This document shows positions 1 through 8,582 of a DNA stretch of 64,000 nt, piece after piece. The number at the start of each line of letters is the position of its first letter. Position 1 is the first letter of the stretch. Source of the DNA: Vicinamibacterales bacterium. Its GTDB lineage: Bacteria > Acidobacteriota > Vicinamibacteria > Vicinamibacterales > UBA8438. A program made the position numbers and the translations under genes. The stretch spans positions 862,164-926,163 of the forward strand of contig OZ241898.1 in the NCBI GenBank assembly GCA_965203525.1. The letters run 5' to 3'. The notes beneath the pieces are model-generated. The model was given only the letters and a program-made list of their open reading frames with translations. It was not told where the DNA came from and ran no database searches.

Positions 1-1150
1 GTTGCCACGGCAGCCGCGGTCCGGCGGCCGGCGGGCGCCGCTTGCGGGCCAGCGCGATGCCTTGGAGCCGGCCGACGAGCTGCTCCACCCGGTCGAGTTG
101 GCCGGAGTCCAGTTCCCCGACCTTCCCGTCGAGCTTTTGGATACCTCTGTCGCAGGACTTGAATGCGCCGTCTATTTCACTCTTGACCAGGAGATCGCTG
201 GAGAGCGTCGCCGCCTGGAGACTGCGGGTTTCGTCAAGACTCTTGACGGCTTGGGGATCCGCGATGACCTTCGCGAGCTCGCGCACGTGGCCGCCGGTGG
301 TGATCACGGGATCGGACGTTGCGCGGACGTCGACGTCCTGGCCGTCTTCTTCTCCTTCGTCCGGTTCCGCTTCGCGCGACATCCACGAGAACAGTCGATC
401 GAGGTTCGAGCGGTAGGAAGCGGCGCGCGTCTCGTGATCCCAGCCGAGCCAGTCGCGCATCGCCTCGCTCTTGAGGACCTCGCGGAACAGGTTGTATTTC
501 TCGGACTGGAACTGGTCGCCGTAGTCGCTCGTGCGGTAGGCGTCCACCAGCGCCAGCGTCCGCACCGACAGGTTGAACTCGCGCTTGCTCACGCCGAGGG
601 CCCGGCAGACCGCGTCCGCGTCGCCGCCGAAGTGCGGAAGCAGCCGCTCCATCGCCAGCGCGCGGTTGACGGCGGGCCAGCGCTGCTTGCCGGAGATGTG
701 GTGCAGCCCCATCATCACCAAGTGATCGCGCTCGCCCGCGTCCTGGTGGAGCACGACCGGCAACGCGGAAAACAGCGCACTGTCCAGCTTGCCGAGATCG
801 ATGGCGTCCTCTTCGTGCCGGCGCTGCAGGTGCTTGAGCGTCGCGACCCGCCGGTTCCCTTCGACCACGAGGAACCGTCCCGCTTCCATGCGCTGGACCA
901 GAACGGGGTCGATGTCGAGCCAGCCGTTCGCCTTGATGCTGGCGACGAGGTCTCGAACGTGATCCTGGCCGCGTCCGAGCACGAAACCGGTCGTGCGGCG
1001 CTGCACGTCGGCGTCGAAGACGTGCTCCGGCGGGACGGGGCGGTAGTCCGGATGGTCGACGAACCGGAAGTTGTTCGGGTCGAGGTACAGGCGCTTCAGC
1101 GACACGGACTGCCGCTTGCCGCGTACCTGTTCCGCGGTTTCTTCACTCAT
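1..1150 (-). CDS. ParB/Srx-like N-terminal domain protein, 3' end runs off the window
   Basis: Not in the ORF track because it has no stop in the window. Reverse strand from ATG at 1150 reads MSEETAEQVRGKRQSVSLKRLYLDPNNFRF...DLVASIKANGWLDIDPVLV...FLVVEGNRRVATLK...HHISGKQRW and stays open to base 1. LDPxNxR and VEGNRR are ParB/Srx-fold motifs. Confidence 0.7.
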   Translation of the reverse strand, partial: MSEETAEQVRGKRQSVSLKRLYLDPNNFRFVDHPDYRPVPPEHVFDADVQRRTTGFVLGRGQDHVRDLVASIKANGWLDIDPVLVQRMEAGRFLVVEGNRRVATLKHLQRRHEEDAIDLGKLDSALFSALPVVLHQDAGERDHLVMMGLHHISGKQRWPAVNRALAMERLLPHFGGDADAVCRALGVSKREFNLSVRTLALVDAYRTSDYGDQFQSEKYNLFREVLKSEAMRDWLGWDHETRAASYRSNLDRLFSWMSREAEPDEGEEDGQDVDVRATSDPVITTGGHVRELAKVIADPQAVKSLDETRSLQAATLSSDLLVKSEIDGAFKSCDRGIQKLDGKVGELDSGQLDRVEQLVGRLQGIALARKRRPPAAGPRLPWQ

Positions 1151-1365
1151 GGGTGCACTCCCGTTCGGCGCCGGGAGGAAAGGCCGCCCCGGTCGTTCGA
1201 TCGTATAACGGTGCGCCCGTATGTCGGTGCGGTACGCAGCCGAACGAGCGGGAGACCCGGCGGTCCCCGACGGGAAGCACCGGGGGCTTCACGGTCGGCC
1301 GCCGGCCGCGGGCGCCACGGCGAACCCGAGGGCGGCCGCGTTGCCGCGAATCCGATCGTCGAACG

Positions 1366-1511
1366 GTGATCGCCCCTGCCCGCCCCCCGTCGCCGGCGTC
1401 GATCCGATCCACCTCGCCGCGGTGGAGTCCGCGGCCGCGGTGATCGTCCTGCCCGCGCCCGTCGCCGGCATCGATCCGCTCCGTCCCGCCGCGGCGGAGT
1501 CCGCGGCCGCG
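1366..1511. repeat. Two tandem copies of a ~73-bp GC-rich dispersed repeat
   Basis: GGTGATCGyCmTGCCCGCsCCCGTCGCCGGCrTCGATCCG...GCCGCGGyGGAGTCCGCGGC seen twice here, once at ~2321-2390 and twice at ~3415-3540. Confidence 0.8.
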
Positions 1512-1554
1512 GCCCGTGCCGCGTGCGTGGCGGGTATGATGGCGGTTCAGGACC

Positions 1555-2230
1555 ATGAACGATCCCGCCTACAAGTGGCTGTTCTCCCGGCCGCGCATGG
1601 TCCGCGACCTGCTGCGCGGCTTCGCCGCCCGCGGCTGGAACGGCGCGCTCGACTTCGCCTCGCTGACCCCGCTTCCTGCTGGACGAGGGGCGCTTGGGGA
1701 GCGCGGATCTGCCGCGCGGCAATCTGGTGTCGGCGCTGATCGCGCTGGAGACGAACCGGGACGGGGCGCGGCTGCCGGCGCTGCTGGAGACGCTGTTCGG
1801 TCTGCTGCGGGAGCAGGGTGACGCGGAGTTGGTGCGTGCGTTCCTGGCGTGGATGGGGCAGGTGCTGCGGTCGCGGCGTTTCCTCGGGATGGATCCGGAG
1901 TCGCTGCCGCGTCTGGAGGAGATGCGAACGATGCTGGAAGAAACGGTTCGGGAGTGGACGGCGGAGTGGGTGGCGGAAGGCCGCGAGCAGGGCCTGGAAC
2001 AGGGCCTGGAGCAGGGCCTGGAGCAGGGCTTGGAGCAGGGCCGCTCGGAGGAACGCGCGCTGCTGTGCCGACAGGCGGCGCGGAAGTTCGACGCCGGCAC
2101 CGCGCAACGGCTGGCCGCGGCGCTGGCGGAGGTCGCGGACCCGGAGCGGCTGGCGGAAGTCGGCGACTGGATCATCGAGTGCGGGACGGAGGCCGAGCTG
2201 CTGGCCCGCGTCGCCCGCTTCGATTCCTGA
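1555..2230 (+). pseudogene. Rpn family (recombination-promoting nuclease/putative transposase) gene with internal deletion and frameshift; C-terminal part intact
   Basis: N-terminus MNDPAYKWLFSRPRMVRDLLRGF...LDFASLTPLP jumps near 1676 into another frame (LLDEGRL...NLVSALIALE), followed by GLEQ repeats and the typical C-terminal 'LLCRQAARKF...WIIEC' tail. The PD-(D/E)XK core is missing. Confidence 0.75.
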
Positions 2231-2320
2231 TGGCGGGGCGACGCTTCGACGCAGTTTCCCAGGGCAGCCCGTGGGCCAGTGTCCCCGCCGCATTCGCGAA
2301 CGCGACCCCGCGGCGGCTAC

Positions 2321-2390
2321 GGTGATCGCCATGCCCGCCCTCATCGCCGGCATCGATCCGGGCCGCCCCGACGCGGCGGAGTCCGCGGTC
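2321..2390. repeat. Single copy of the ~73-bp dispersed repeat
   Basis: ggtgatcgccatgcccgccctcatcgccggcatcgatccg...gcggcggagtccgcgg matches the copies at 1366-1511 and 3415-3540. Confidence 0.75.
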
Positions 2391-2402
2391 GCGCCGGTCG
2401 CC

Positions 2403-2565
2403 CTGCGCGACGCCGCCGGCCGCGCGGGCGGCCCGCCCGGCGTCTGGTTGCTGGCCCCGAACGACGAACAGGAGGCGCGGCCGGTGATTGACGGCCGGCC
2501 CGTGCCGGTCTTCCCCGCCGCGCAGTGGGCGCGCGTTCCGCGGGAGTGGCTGGCCGCCCGGCGGT
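2403..2565 (+). pseudogene. pglW: Probable 3'-terminal fragment of BREX-2 kinase pglW
   Basis: Translates to LRDAAGRAGGPPGVWLLAPNDEQEARPVIDGRPVPVFPAAQWARVPREWL, which resembles my recollection of the PglW C-terminus. It sits where pglW normally lies, upstream of pglX on the same strand, and has no kinase body in front of it. Confidence 0.55.
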
Positions 2566-2614
2566 CCGCTGGCGGCGCGGGCGATCCGCGCCAGCGAGCA
2601 GCGCATCCGGGTGG

Positions 2615-2644
2615 TTGACAAGACGATCTGGCCGACTGTACGCT
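2615..2644 (+). promoter_or_regulatory. Possible sigma70 promoter
   Basis: TTGACA (2615-2620), 18 bp, then TACGCT, followed by a GGGGAGG RBS before the GTG at 2686. Confidence 0.35.
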
Positions 2645-2685
2645 GGGAGGCGTGCTGTCAAGGATTTTTGTGGGGGGAGGTCTGT

Positions 2686-3075
2686 GTGGCTGAACTGGCG
2701 GTGGTTGGGATCATCGATCTTCAAGTCCTGATCGCGCGGGATGGTGACGAGAGTTGGGTCGCTCAGGGAGTCGAGATCGACTACGCTGTCTGTGGCACGT
2801 CCTCCGACGACGTTCGCAAGCGGTTCCAACTGGGCCTGGGCAAGATGATTCAGGCTCACTTCGACCACTTCGGCAACTTGGGCAAATTGCTGAAACCCGC
2901 ACCGATGGACGACTGGACGAACCTGGTGCGGTCTCAGCCCCAGGCGCAGGAATGGCTCTACACGTCCGTATCCGTGCACGAGTTCGTCGACTCGCAGAGG
3001 GTGAGCGACATTCCCTTCGCGAGGATAAAGTACGCAATCGCGCAGCAGGCGGAGACTGACCACGTTGCCCATTGA
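2686..3075 (+). CDS. HicB-like antitoxin-fold protein
   Basis: RBS GGGGAGG + GTG. The segment 'LQVLIARDGDESWVAQGVEIDYAVCGTSSDDVRKRF' fits the HicB/DUF1902-type N-terminal pattern. Lower GC than flanks. Confidence 0.5.
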   Translation: MAELAVVGIIDLQVLIARDGDESWVAQGVEIDYAVCGTSSDDVRKRFQLGLGKMIQAHFDHFGNLGKLLKPAPMDDWTNLVRSQPQAQEWLYTSVSVHEFVDSQRVSDIPFARIKYAIAQQAETDHVAH

Positions 3076-3319
3076 CTCGCGAAGCGACAACCACCCGGGG
3101 GACGTCGATCGCGAACGGGTCTTGAACAACCTGCGTTTTCACGGCGTGCGCGTTTCCGAAGACAGCCAGGACGGGTCGTTCCTGGTCCATACGCTCACGA
3201 AGGGTGACGTTGTTGAGGTTCAACCCTTTCCAAAGCGCATCAGCAGGCATATGATCGGGCGGCTCTCGGCAAAGTTCGAGATCGGAATGGCCTCGTTCTT
3301 CAATGCACCGCACCGATGA
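3065..3319 (+). CDS. Small protein, possibly HicA-like toxin
   Basis: 84 aa, overlaps the upstream gene. Pattern 'LRFHGVRV...DGSF...ISRHMIGRLSAKFEI' loosely fits the HicA fold. Confidence 0.4.
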   Translation: MPIDSRSDNHPGDVDRERVLNNLRFHGVRVSEDSQDGSFLVHTLTKGDVVEVQPFPKRISRHMIGRLSAKFEIGMASFFNAPHR

Positions 3320-3414
3320 TTCAGACCGCTGCGCCCGGCCGCTGCCGTGGGTGGTGAGGTCCTGGTACTCCGAAGCGCCGCCCCGCACCATTTCACCCCA
3401 TCCGTTCAGCCGTG

Positions 3415-3680
3415 CCATGGCCGCCCCCGCCGGCACCGCTCCGCTCCATCCCGCCACGGCGGAGTCCGCGGCTACGTTGATCGCCATGCCCGCCCCCGTC
3501 GCCGGCACCGATCCGCTCCGCCCCGCCGCGGCGGAGTCCCTGCCCACGGCGTTCGCCCCGTCCGCACCCGCCATGTCGTTCGAGAAGGATCGGGCTTGCC
3601 TGCGCAGGGCCGCGGCGTTCGCCCCTCCCGCGCCCGCCGCCGCCATGTCGTTGGAGAAGGACCGGGCTTGCCCGCGTGGG
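3415..3680. repeat. Two more copies of the ~73-bp repeat plus a ~65-bp direct duplication just upstream of pglX
   Basis: Copies at ~3415-3475 and ~3477-3540, then cggcgttcgcccc...cgccatgtcgttsgagaaggaycgggcttgccygcg twice (~3547-3604 and ~3613-3676). Confidence 0.7.
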
Positions 3681-3697
3681 TCCCTGCCCGCCGCCGC

Positions 3698-6600
3698 ATG
3701 ATCGACGCCGGCCGCCTGCTCGCCGACCTGAAGCGCCTGCGGGCGGACCTCGAAGACGACCTGCGCGTCCGGTGCGAGGAGCACCCGGACCTCGACCGCC
3801 CGCTGCGCGACGAGTACGACGCGGCGCACGCGGCCGGGCGGACCGCGCAGCCGTACGCGGTCTGGCGCGACGCGCGCCTGACGCAGATCGCCGCCGCGTG
3901 GCTGCTCGGCTGCGTCTTCGTCCGCTTCCTCGAAGACAACCGCCTCGTCGACCCGCCGCGCCTCTCCGGCCCCGGCGACCGCCGCCGGCGGGCGCTCGAC
4001 GAGCACACCCTCTACTTCCGCGCCCATCCGACCGACACCGACCGCGAATACCTGCTGCACGTCTTCCGGGAGGTCGCCGCGGTCCCGGCCGCCGCGCCGC
4101 TGTTCGACCCCGGCCACAACCCGATCGGGACGCTCGACCCGTCCGCGGACGCGGCGCGCCGGACGCTGCGTCCGTCGGGCGACGCGGCGGCGCGCCTGCT
4201 CGGGCTGTGGCAGCGGATCGACCCGGACGCGGGCGGCCTCGCGCACGACTTCACCGACCCGGAGCGGGACACGCGCTTCCTCGGCGACCTCTACCAGGAC
4301 CTCTCCGACGAGGCCCGCAAGCGGTTCGCGCTGCTCCAGACGCCCGCGTTCGTCGAAGAGTTCATACTCGACCGCACGCTGACGCCGGCCGTCGAGGAGT
4401 TCGGCTTCCGCGACGTGTGCCTGATCGATCCCGCCTGCGGGTCGGGGCACTTCCTGCTCGGCGCCTTCCGGCGGCTGGACGCGCGGTGGGCGCGGGACGA
4501 GCCGGGGACGAATCCGCGCGAGCGGGCGCGCCGGGTGCTGGCGCAGATCGCGGGCGTCGACCTGAACCCGTTCGCCGTTGCCGTCGCCCGCTTCCGGCTG
4601 CTGGTCGCCGCGCTGGGGGCGTCGGGGGTGGAGCGGCTCGCCGACGCGCCCGCCTTCGACGTCCGGGTGGCCGCCGGCGACGCCCTGCTGCACGGCCCGC
4701 GCCCCGGCCTGGAGGGCGCGCGGAAGCGCTACCTCGAAGCGGCGCCGGGGCCGCCCGCGCCGGGTGCGGACGGGACCGCCGCGGCCGGACCCGCCGCCGC
4801 CGCCGGCGACGCCAACGCGCGGATGACCGTCGCGCCGGGCGCGGACGGGGCCGCCGCGGCCGGTGCGCCGGACGCCGTCTTCGACGATCCGCTGGCACAC
4901 GTCTACCGCACGGAGGACGCCGGGGCGCTGCGCGCCATCCTCGGCGGGCGCTACCACGCGGTGGTCGGCAACCCGCCCTACGTCACGCCGAAGGACCCGG
5001 CCATCAACCGGGCGTACCGCGAGCGCTTCGACTCGTGCCACGGCAAGTATTCGCTGGCCGCGCCGTTCACCGAGCGCTTCTTCGACCTCGCCTTCGCGCC
5101 GCCGGCGGGCGCGGCGGAACCGGCCGGCTTCGTCGGCATGATCACCGCCAACTCGTTCATGAAGCGGGAGTTCGGCCGCAAGCTGATCGGGCGCGTCCTG
5201 CCGCGCCGGGACCTGACCCACGTCGTGGACACGTCCGGCGCCTACGTCCCCGGCCACGGGACGCCGACGGTGATCCTGTTCGGGCGCCCGCGCCCGCCGG
5301 TCGCCGGGACCGTGCGCACGGTGATGGGCGTCCGCGGCGAGCCGTCCACGCCGGAGGACCCGGCCGCGGGCCTCGTCTGGTCGGCGATCGTCGCGCAGAT
5401 CGACCGGCCGGGGTCGGAGAGCGCGTTCGTGAGCGTCGCCGACGTGCCGCGGGCGCGGTTCGCGCGGCACCCGTGGAGCCTCGGCGGGGGCGGGGCGGCG
5501 GAGTTGAAGGAACTGATCGACAAGGCGGGCGCCGGCGCGGCGGGCGGCGCGGGCGGAACGATGCTCCCGGTGGCGGGCAGCGGCAGCGCGGCACCCGGCG
5601 GCGCCGGCGTTGCAGGCGTGGCGGGCGTGGCGGGCGGAACGACGCTCGCCGCGGCGGGCAGCGATGGCGCGAAACTCGGCGTTGCGGGCGCTGCGGGCAG
5701 AACGGCGCCAAGCGGAAGACGGCGAGGATCGCCCGCTGCCGACGGCGCGGGCGATGCGGTCGTCGCTGGTGGAGCGACGCTTCCGGCGGCGGGCAGCGAC
5801 AGCGCGGTACTCGGCGGCGCGGGCGCTACGGGCGCGTCGGGTGGAACCACGCTCGGCGGAAGGCGGCGAGGACCGTCCGCTGCCGACGGCGCGGGCGCTG
5901 CGGGCGCCGCGGATGGAACGGCACTCCTGGCGGCGGGCAGCGACGGCGCGGAACTCGGCGGCGCCGGCACCGCGGTCGCGGCTGGCGGGACGACGCTCCC
6001 GGCGGCGGGCAGTGCTGGCGCGGCACCCGGCGGCACGGGCGTTGCGGTCGCCGCGGGTAAGGAAGGTATTCAGGCGGACAGGATGGTGCTCGGGACGTTG
6101 GCGGAGAGTATCGGAATAGCCGTGGCTACCGGAGAGGATGATCTGTTCGTGTTTCCCGATCGCGCGTCCATGGACAGGCTGCGAATCGAATCGGCCATGC
6201 CGCTCTTGACGGGCGACAGGATTCGTGATTGGTGTCAGGAAAGATCGAACCTCTCGATCTTCGTATATGACGAAAATTTCAAGGTCCAACCCCTCGATGT
6301 TCTCCCTGAAACCGGTAGTCTCCTCTGGCGGTTCAAGACGATGCTGTCAAGGCGACGCCCGTTCGGTATACCGATCATCGAACGCGGTCTTGCCTGGTAC
6401 GAATGGCAAGAGCTGTACAAGAAGAAACTCCGGACGCCGCTCTCCATCGCCTTCGCGGACATCAGCACGCACAACCACTTCGTGCTGGACCGCGGCGGCA
6501 AAGTCTTCAACCGCACTGCGCCGGTGATCAATTTGCCGGCGGAGGCCACCGAGGACGACCACCTCGGACTCGTCGGCCTGCTGAACAGCTCGACCGCGTG

Positions 6601-8353
6601 CTTCTGGATGAAACAGGTGTTTCACAAGAAGGGATTGGGCGAGAATTGGGAGCCGCGATACGCGCACGACGGCACGAAGCTGAAACAATTTCCGGTCCCC
6701 GCCGAACGCCCGCTCGCCCTCGCCCGCGCCCTCGACGACCTGGCCCGGGAGCGCGCCGACCTCCTCCCCGCCGCGATCGCCGCCCGCGGCGCGCCGACGG
6801 CCGACGCCCTGCGCGACGCCCGCGCCCGCGCCAGCGCGATCCGCGAGCGGATGATCGCGCTGCAGGAGGAGCTCGACTGGCGCTGTTACCACCTCTACGG
6901 CGTCACCGGCGACGACCTCTGCCTGCCGGCGGGCGCCCGCGCCGGCGCCGACCCGGCCGACGGCATCCTGTCGACGGCCGGCCCGCCAGCGGATGCGGGC
7001 GGATCTCCCGGCGCCTGGACCGCCCCGCCGACCGAACCGGTCCCGCTGCCGCCCGCGCAGGCGGACCCTCGGCGCCGTGCGCAGCAGGCAGATGAAGGTT
7101 CCGCCGCCGCCCGCGCGGCCGGACCATTCGGGGATCCGGACTGGAGCGAGACGCGGCGCCGCGAAGAGCGTCCCGCGGCCGCTACCCGGGCAGACGGACC
7201 GTCCGCGGGCGGCGGCGACGACCCGTACCTGCCCGCGGCCGCCGGCCGGGAGGTTCCGGACGTCCCCGCCGTCCGCCTCGGCGAGCGCGCCTTCGAGATC
7301 GTCCTCGCCCGCAAGTGCGCGGCGGGGGAAGTGGAGACGAAGTGGTTCGAGCGGCACGGCGCGGCGCCGGTCCCCGCCGTCCCGGACCGCTGGCCGGCGG
7401 CGTACCGCGCCCTGGTCGAGCGGCGCATCGCGGCCATCGAAGCGCAGCCCGCCCTCGCCCTGATCGAGCAGCCGGCCCACAAGCGCCGCTGGAGCGACGA
7501 GCCGTGGGAAGCGCAGCAGGAGCGGGCGCTGCGCGGCTGGCTGCTCGACCGGCTGGAGGCGCCCGCGCATTGGGCGGAGCCGCGCCTGACGACCGCCGCC
7601 GCGCTCGCCGACCGGATGCGCGAGGACGACGCGTTCCTGGCGGTCGCGGCGCTGCACGCCGAGCGGATCGACTTCGACGTGACCCGGCTCGTCGCCGACC
7701 TGGTGGAGGGCGCGAGCGTCCCGCTGCTGCCCGCGGTGCGCTGCACGCCGTCCGGGTTGCGCAAGCGGGCGGCGTGGGAGCGGACGTGGGACCTCCAGCG
7801 GCGGGAGGACGCCCTCGACGCGCGGACGGCCCTCCCGCCCGCCGACCCGGCGCGCCTGACGCCGGAGCGGGCCGCGGCGGCGAAGGCGCGCGACGTGGGC
7901 GCGATACCGGTCCCGCCCCGCTACGCCGCGGCCGACTTCCGCCGGGCCGCGTGGTGGCGGCTGCGCGGCAAGCTCGACGTGCCGAAGGAGCGCTTCTTCA
8001 GCCTGCCCGGCTGCGCGCGCGACGCCGACCCGTCGCTGCTCGTCGGCTGGGCCGGCTGGAACGCGCTGGCGCGGAGCCGCGCGGTGGCGGCGTGGCTCAT
8101 CGCACGCAAGGAGCAGGACGGCTGGCCGGCGGCGCGCCTGCTGCCGCTGCTCGCCGCCCTCCGCGAGCTGCTGCCGTGGGTGCGGCAGCGCCACAACGCG
8201 CCCGACCCGGACTACGGCGTCGGCATGGGCGACTACTTCGCGGGGTTCCTCGACGAGGAGGCGCGGGCGCTCGGCCTCTCGGACGACGCCATCCGCGGGT
8301 GGGCGCCGGCCGATACCCGGCGGCGCGGGGGCCGGCGGAAGGCGGCGCGGTAA
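3698..8353 (+). CDS. pglX: BREX type 2 adenine DNA methyltransferase PglX
   Basis: Motif I LIDPACGSGHFL and motif IV VVGNPPY. PglX-typical segments FLGDLYQDLS..ARKRFALLQTP, ITANSFMKREFG, PGHGTPTVIL, LQEELDW and WRLRGKLDVPKERF. Lies upstream of pglY/pglZ/brxD/brxHI. Confidence 0.93.
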   Translation: MIDAGRLLADLKRLRADLEDDLRVRCEEHPDLDRPLRDEYDAAHAAGRTAQPYAVWRDARLTQIAAAWLLGCVFVRFLEDNRLVDPPRLSGPGDRRRRALDEHTLYFRAHPTDTDREYLLHVFREVAAVPAAAPLFDPGHNPIGTLDPSADAARRTLRPSGDAAARLLGLWQRIDPDAGGLAHDFTDPERDTRFLGDLYQDLSDEARKRFALLQTPAFVEEFILDRTLTPAVEEFGFRDVCLIDPACGSGHFLLGAFRRLDARWARDEPGTNPRERARRVLAQIAGVDLNPFAVAVARFRLLVAALGASGVERLADAPAFDVRVAAGDALLHGPRPGLEGARKRYLEAAPGPPAPGADGTAAAGPAAAAGDANARMTVAPGADGAAAAGAPDAVFDDPLAHVYRTEDAGALRAILGGRYHAVVGNPPYVTPKDPAINRAYRERFDSCHGKYSLAAPFTERFFDLAFAPPAGAAEPAGFVGMITANSFMKREFGRKLIGRVLPRRDLTHVVDTSGAYVPGHGTPTVILFGRPRPPVAGTVRTVMGVRGEPSTPEDPAAGLVWSAIVAQIDRPGSESAFVSVADVPRARFARHPWSLGGGGAAELKELIDKAGAGAAGGAGGTMLPVAGSGSAAPGGAGVAGVAGVAGGTTLAAAGSDGAKLGVAGAAGRTAPSGRRRGSPAADGAGDAVVAGGATLPAAGSDSAVLGGAGATGASGGTTLGGRRRGPSAADGAGAAGAADGTALLAAGSDGAELGGAGTAVAAGGTTLPAAGSAGAAPGGTGVAVAAGKEGIQADRMVLGTLAESIGIAVATGEDDLFVFPDRASMDRLRIESAMPLLTGDRIRDWCQERSNLSIFVYDENFKVQPLDVLPETGSLLWRFKTMLSRRRPFGIPIIERGLAWYEWQELYKKKLRTPLSIAFADISTHNHFVLDRGGKVFNRTAPVINLPAEATEDDHLGLVGLLNSSTACFWMKQVFHKKGLGENWEPRYAHDGTKLKQFPVPAERPLALARALDDLARERADLLPAAIAARGAPTADALRDARARASAIRERMIALQEELDWRCYHLYGVTGDDLCLPAGARAGADPADGILSTAGPPADAGGSPGAWTAPPTEPVPLPPAQADPRRRAQQADEGSAAARAAGPFGDPDWSETRRREERPAAATRADGPSAGGGDDPYLPAAAGREVPDVPAVRLGERAFEIVLARKCAAGEVETKWFERHGAAPVPAVPDRWPAAYRALVERRIAAIEAQPALALIEQPAHKRRWSDEPWEAQQERALRGWLLDRLEAPAHWAEPRLTTAAALADRMREDDAFLAVAALHAERIDFDVTRLVADLVEGASVPLLPAVRCTPSGLRKRAAWERTWDLQRREDALDARTALPPADPARLTPERAAAAKARDVGAIPVPPRYAAADFRRAAWWRLRGKLDVPKERFFSLPGCARDADPSLLVGWAGWNALARSRAVAAWLIARKEQDGWPAARLLPLLAALRELLPWVRQRHNAPDPDYGVGMGDYFAGFLDEEARALGLSDDAIRGWAPADTRRRGGRRKAAR

Positions 8354-8373
8354 CCGCTCGGGGTTCGGCGGGA

Positions 8374-8424
8374 TGGAATGGCAACTGAAAAAGGGACCCT
8401 GCGGCCACGTGAAAAGGGACCCCC
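8374..8424. mobile_element. IS21-family-like terminal remnant
   Basis: TGGAATGGCAACTGAAAAGGGACCC-N10-TGAAAAGGGACCC: a TG start with two tandem copies of the sub-terminal motif, the layout of IS21 ends. No istA/istB nearby. Confidence 0.5.
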
Positions 8425-8582
8425 CGGTTTCCGTCAACAGGTCAATCGATGGCCTTCTGGGATGGGGAAGGACTTGATCTCTTCCCCCGGTCGCGTCACA
8501 CTCGTTTCGTACACCCCGGGTCCGCCTCTGCCTTCGGGTATGCGCCCGGGGTTTTGCTTTCGCCCGCCGGGGCGTGGCGGCT

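Noticed and set aside
2-1369. 455-aa plus-strand ORF
   Set aside because: Antisense shadow of the ParB-like gene on the minus strand; no motifs of its own.
5480-5500. Poly-G phase-variation tract in pglX as in Streptomyces Pgl
   Set aside because: Only G5 and G4 runs encoding the conserved GGGG peptide; too short to support slippage.
5525-6060. Intein in PglX
   Set aside because: No Cys/Ser start with His-Asn end and no LAGLIDADG motifs; it is low-complexity repeat sequence.
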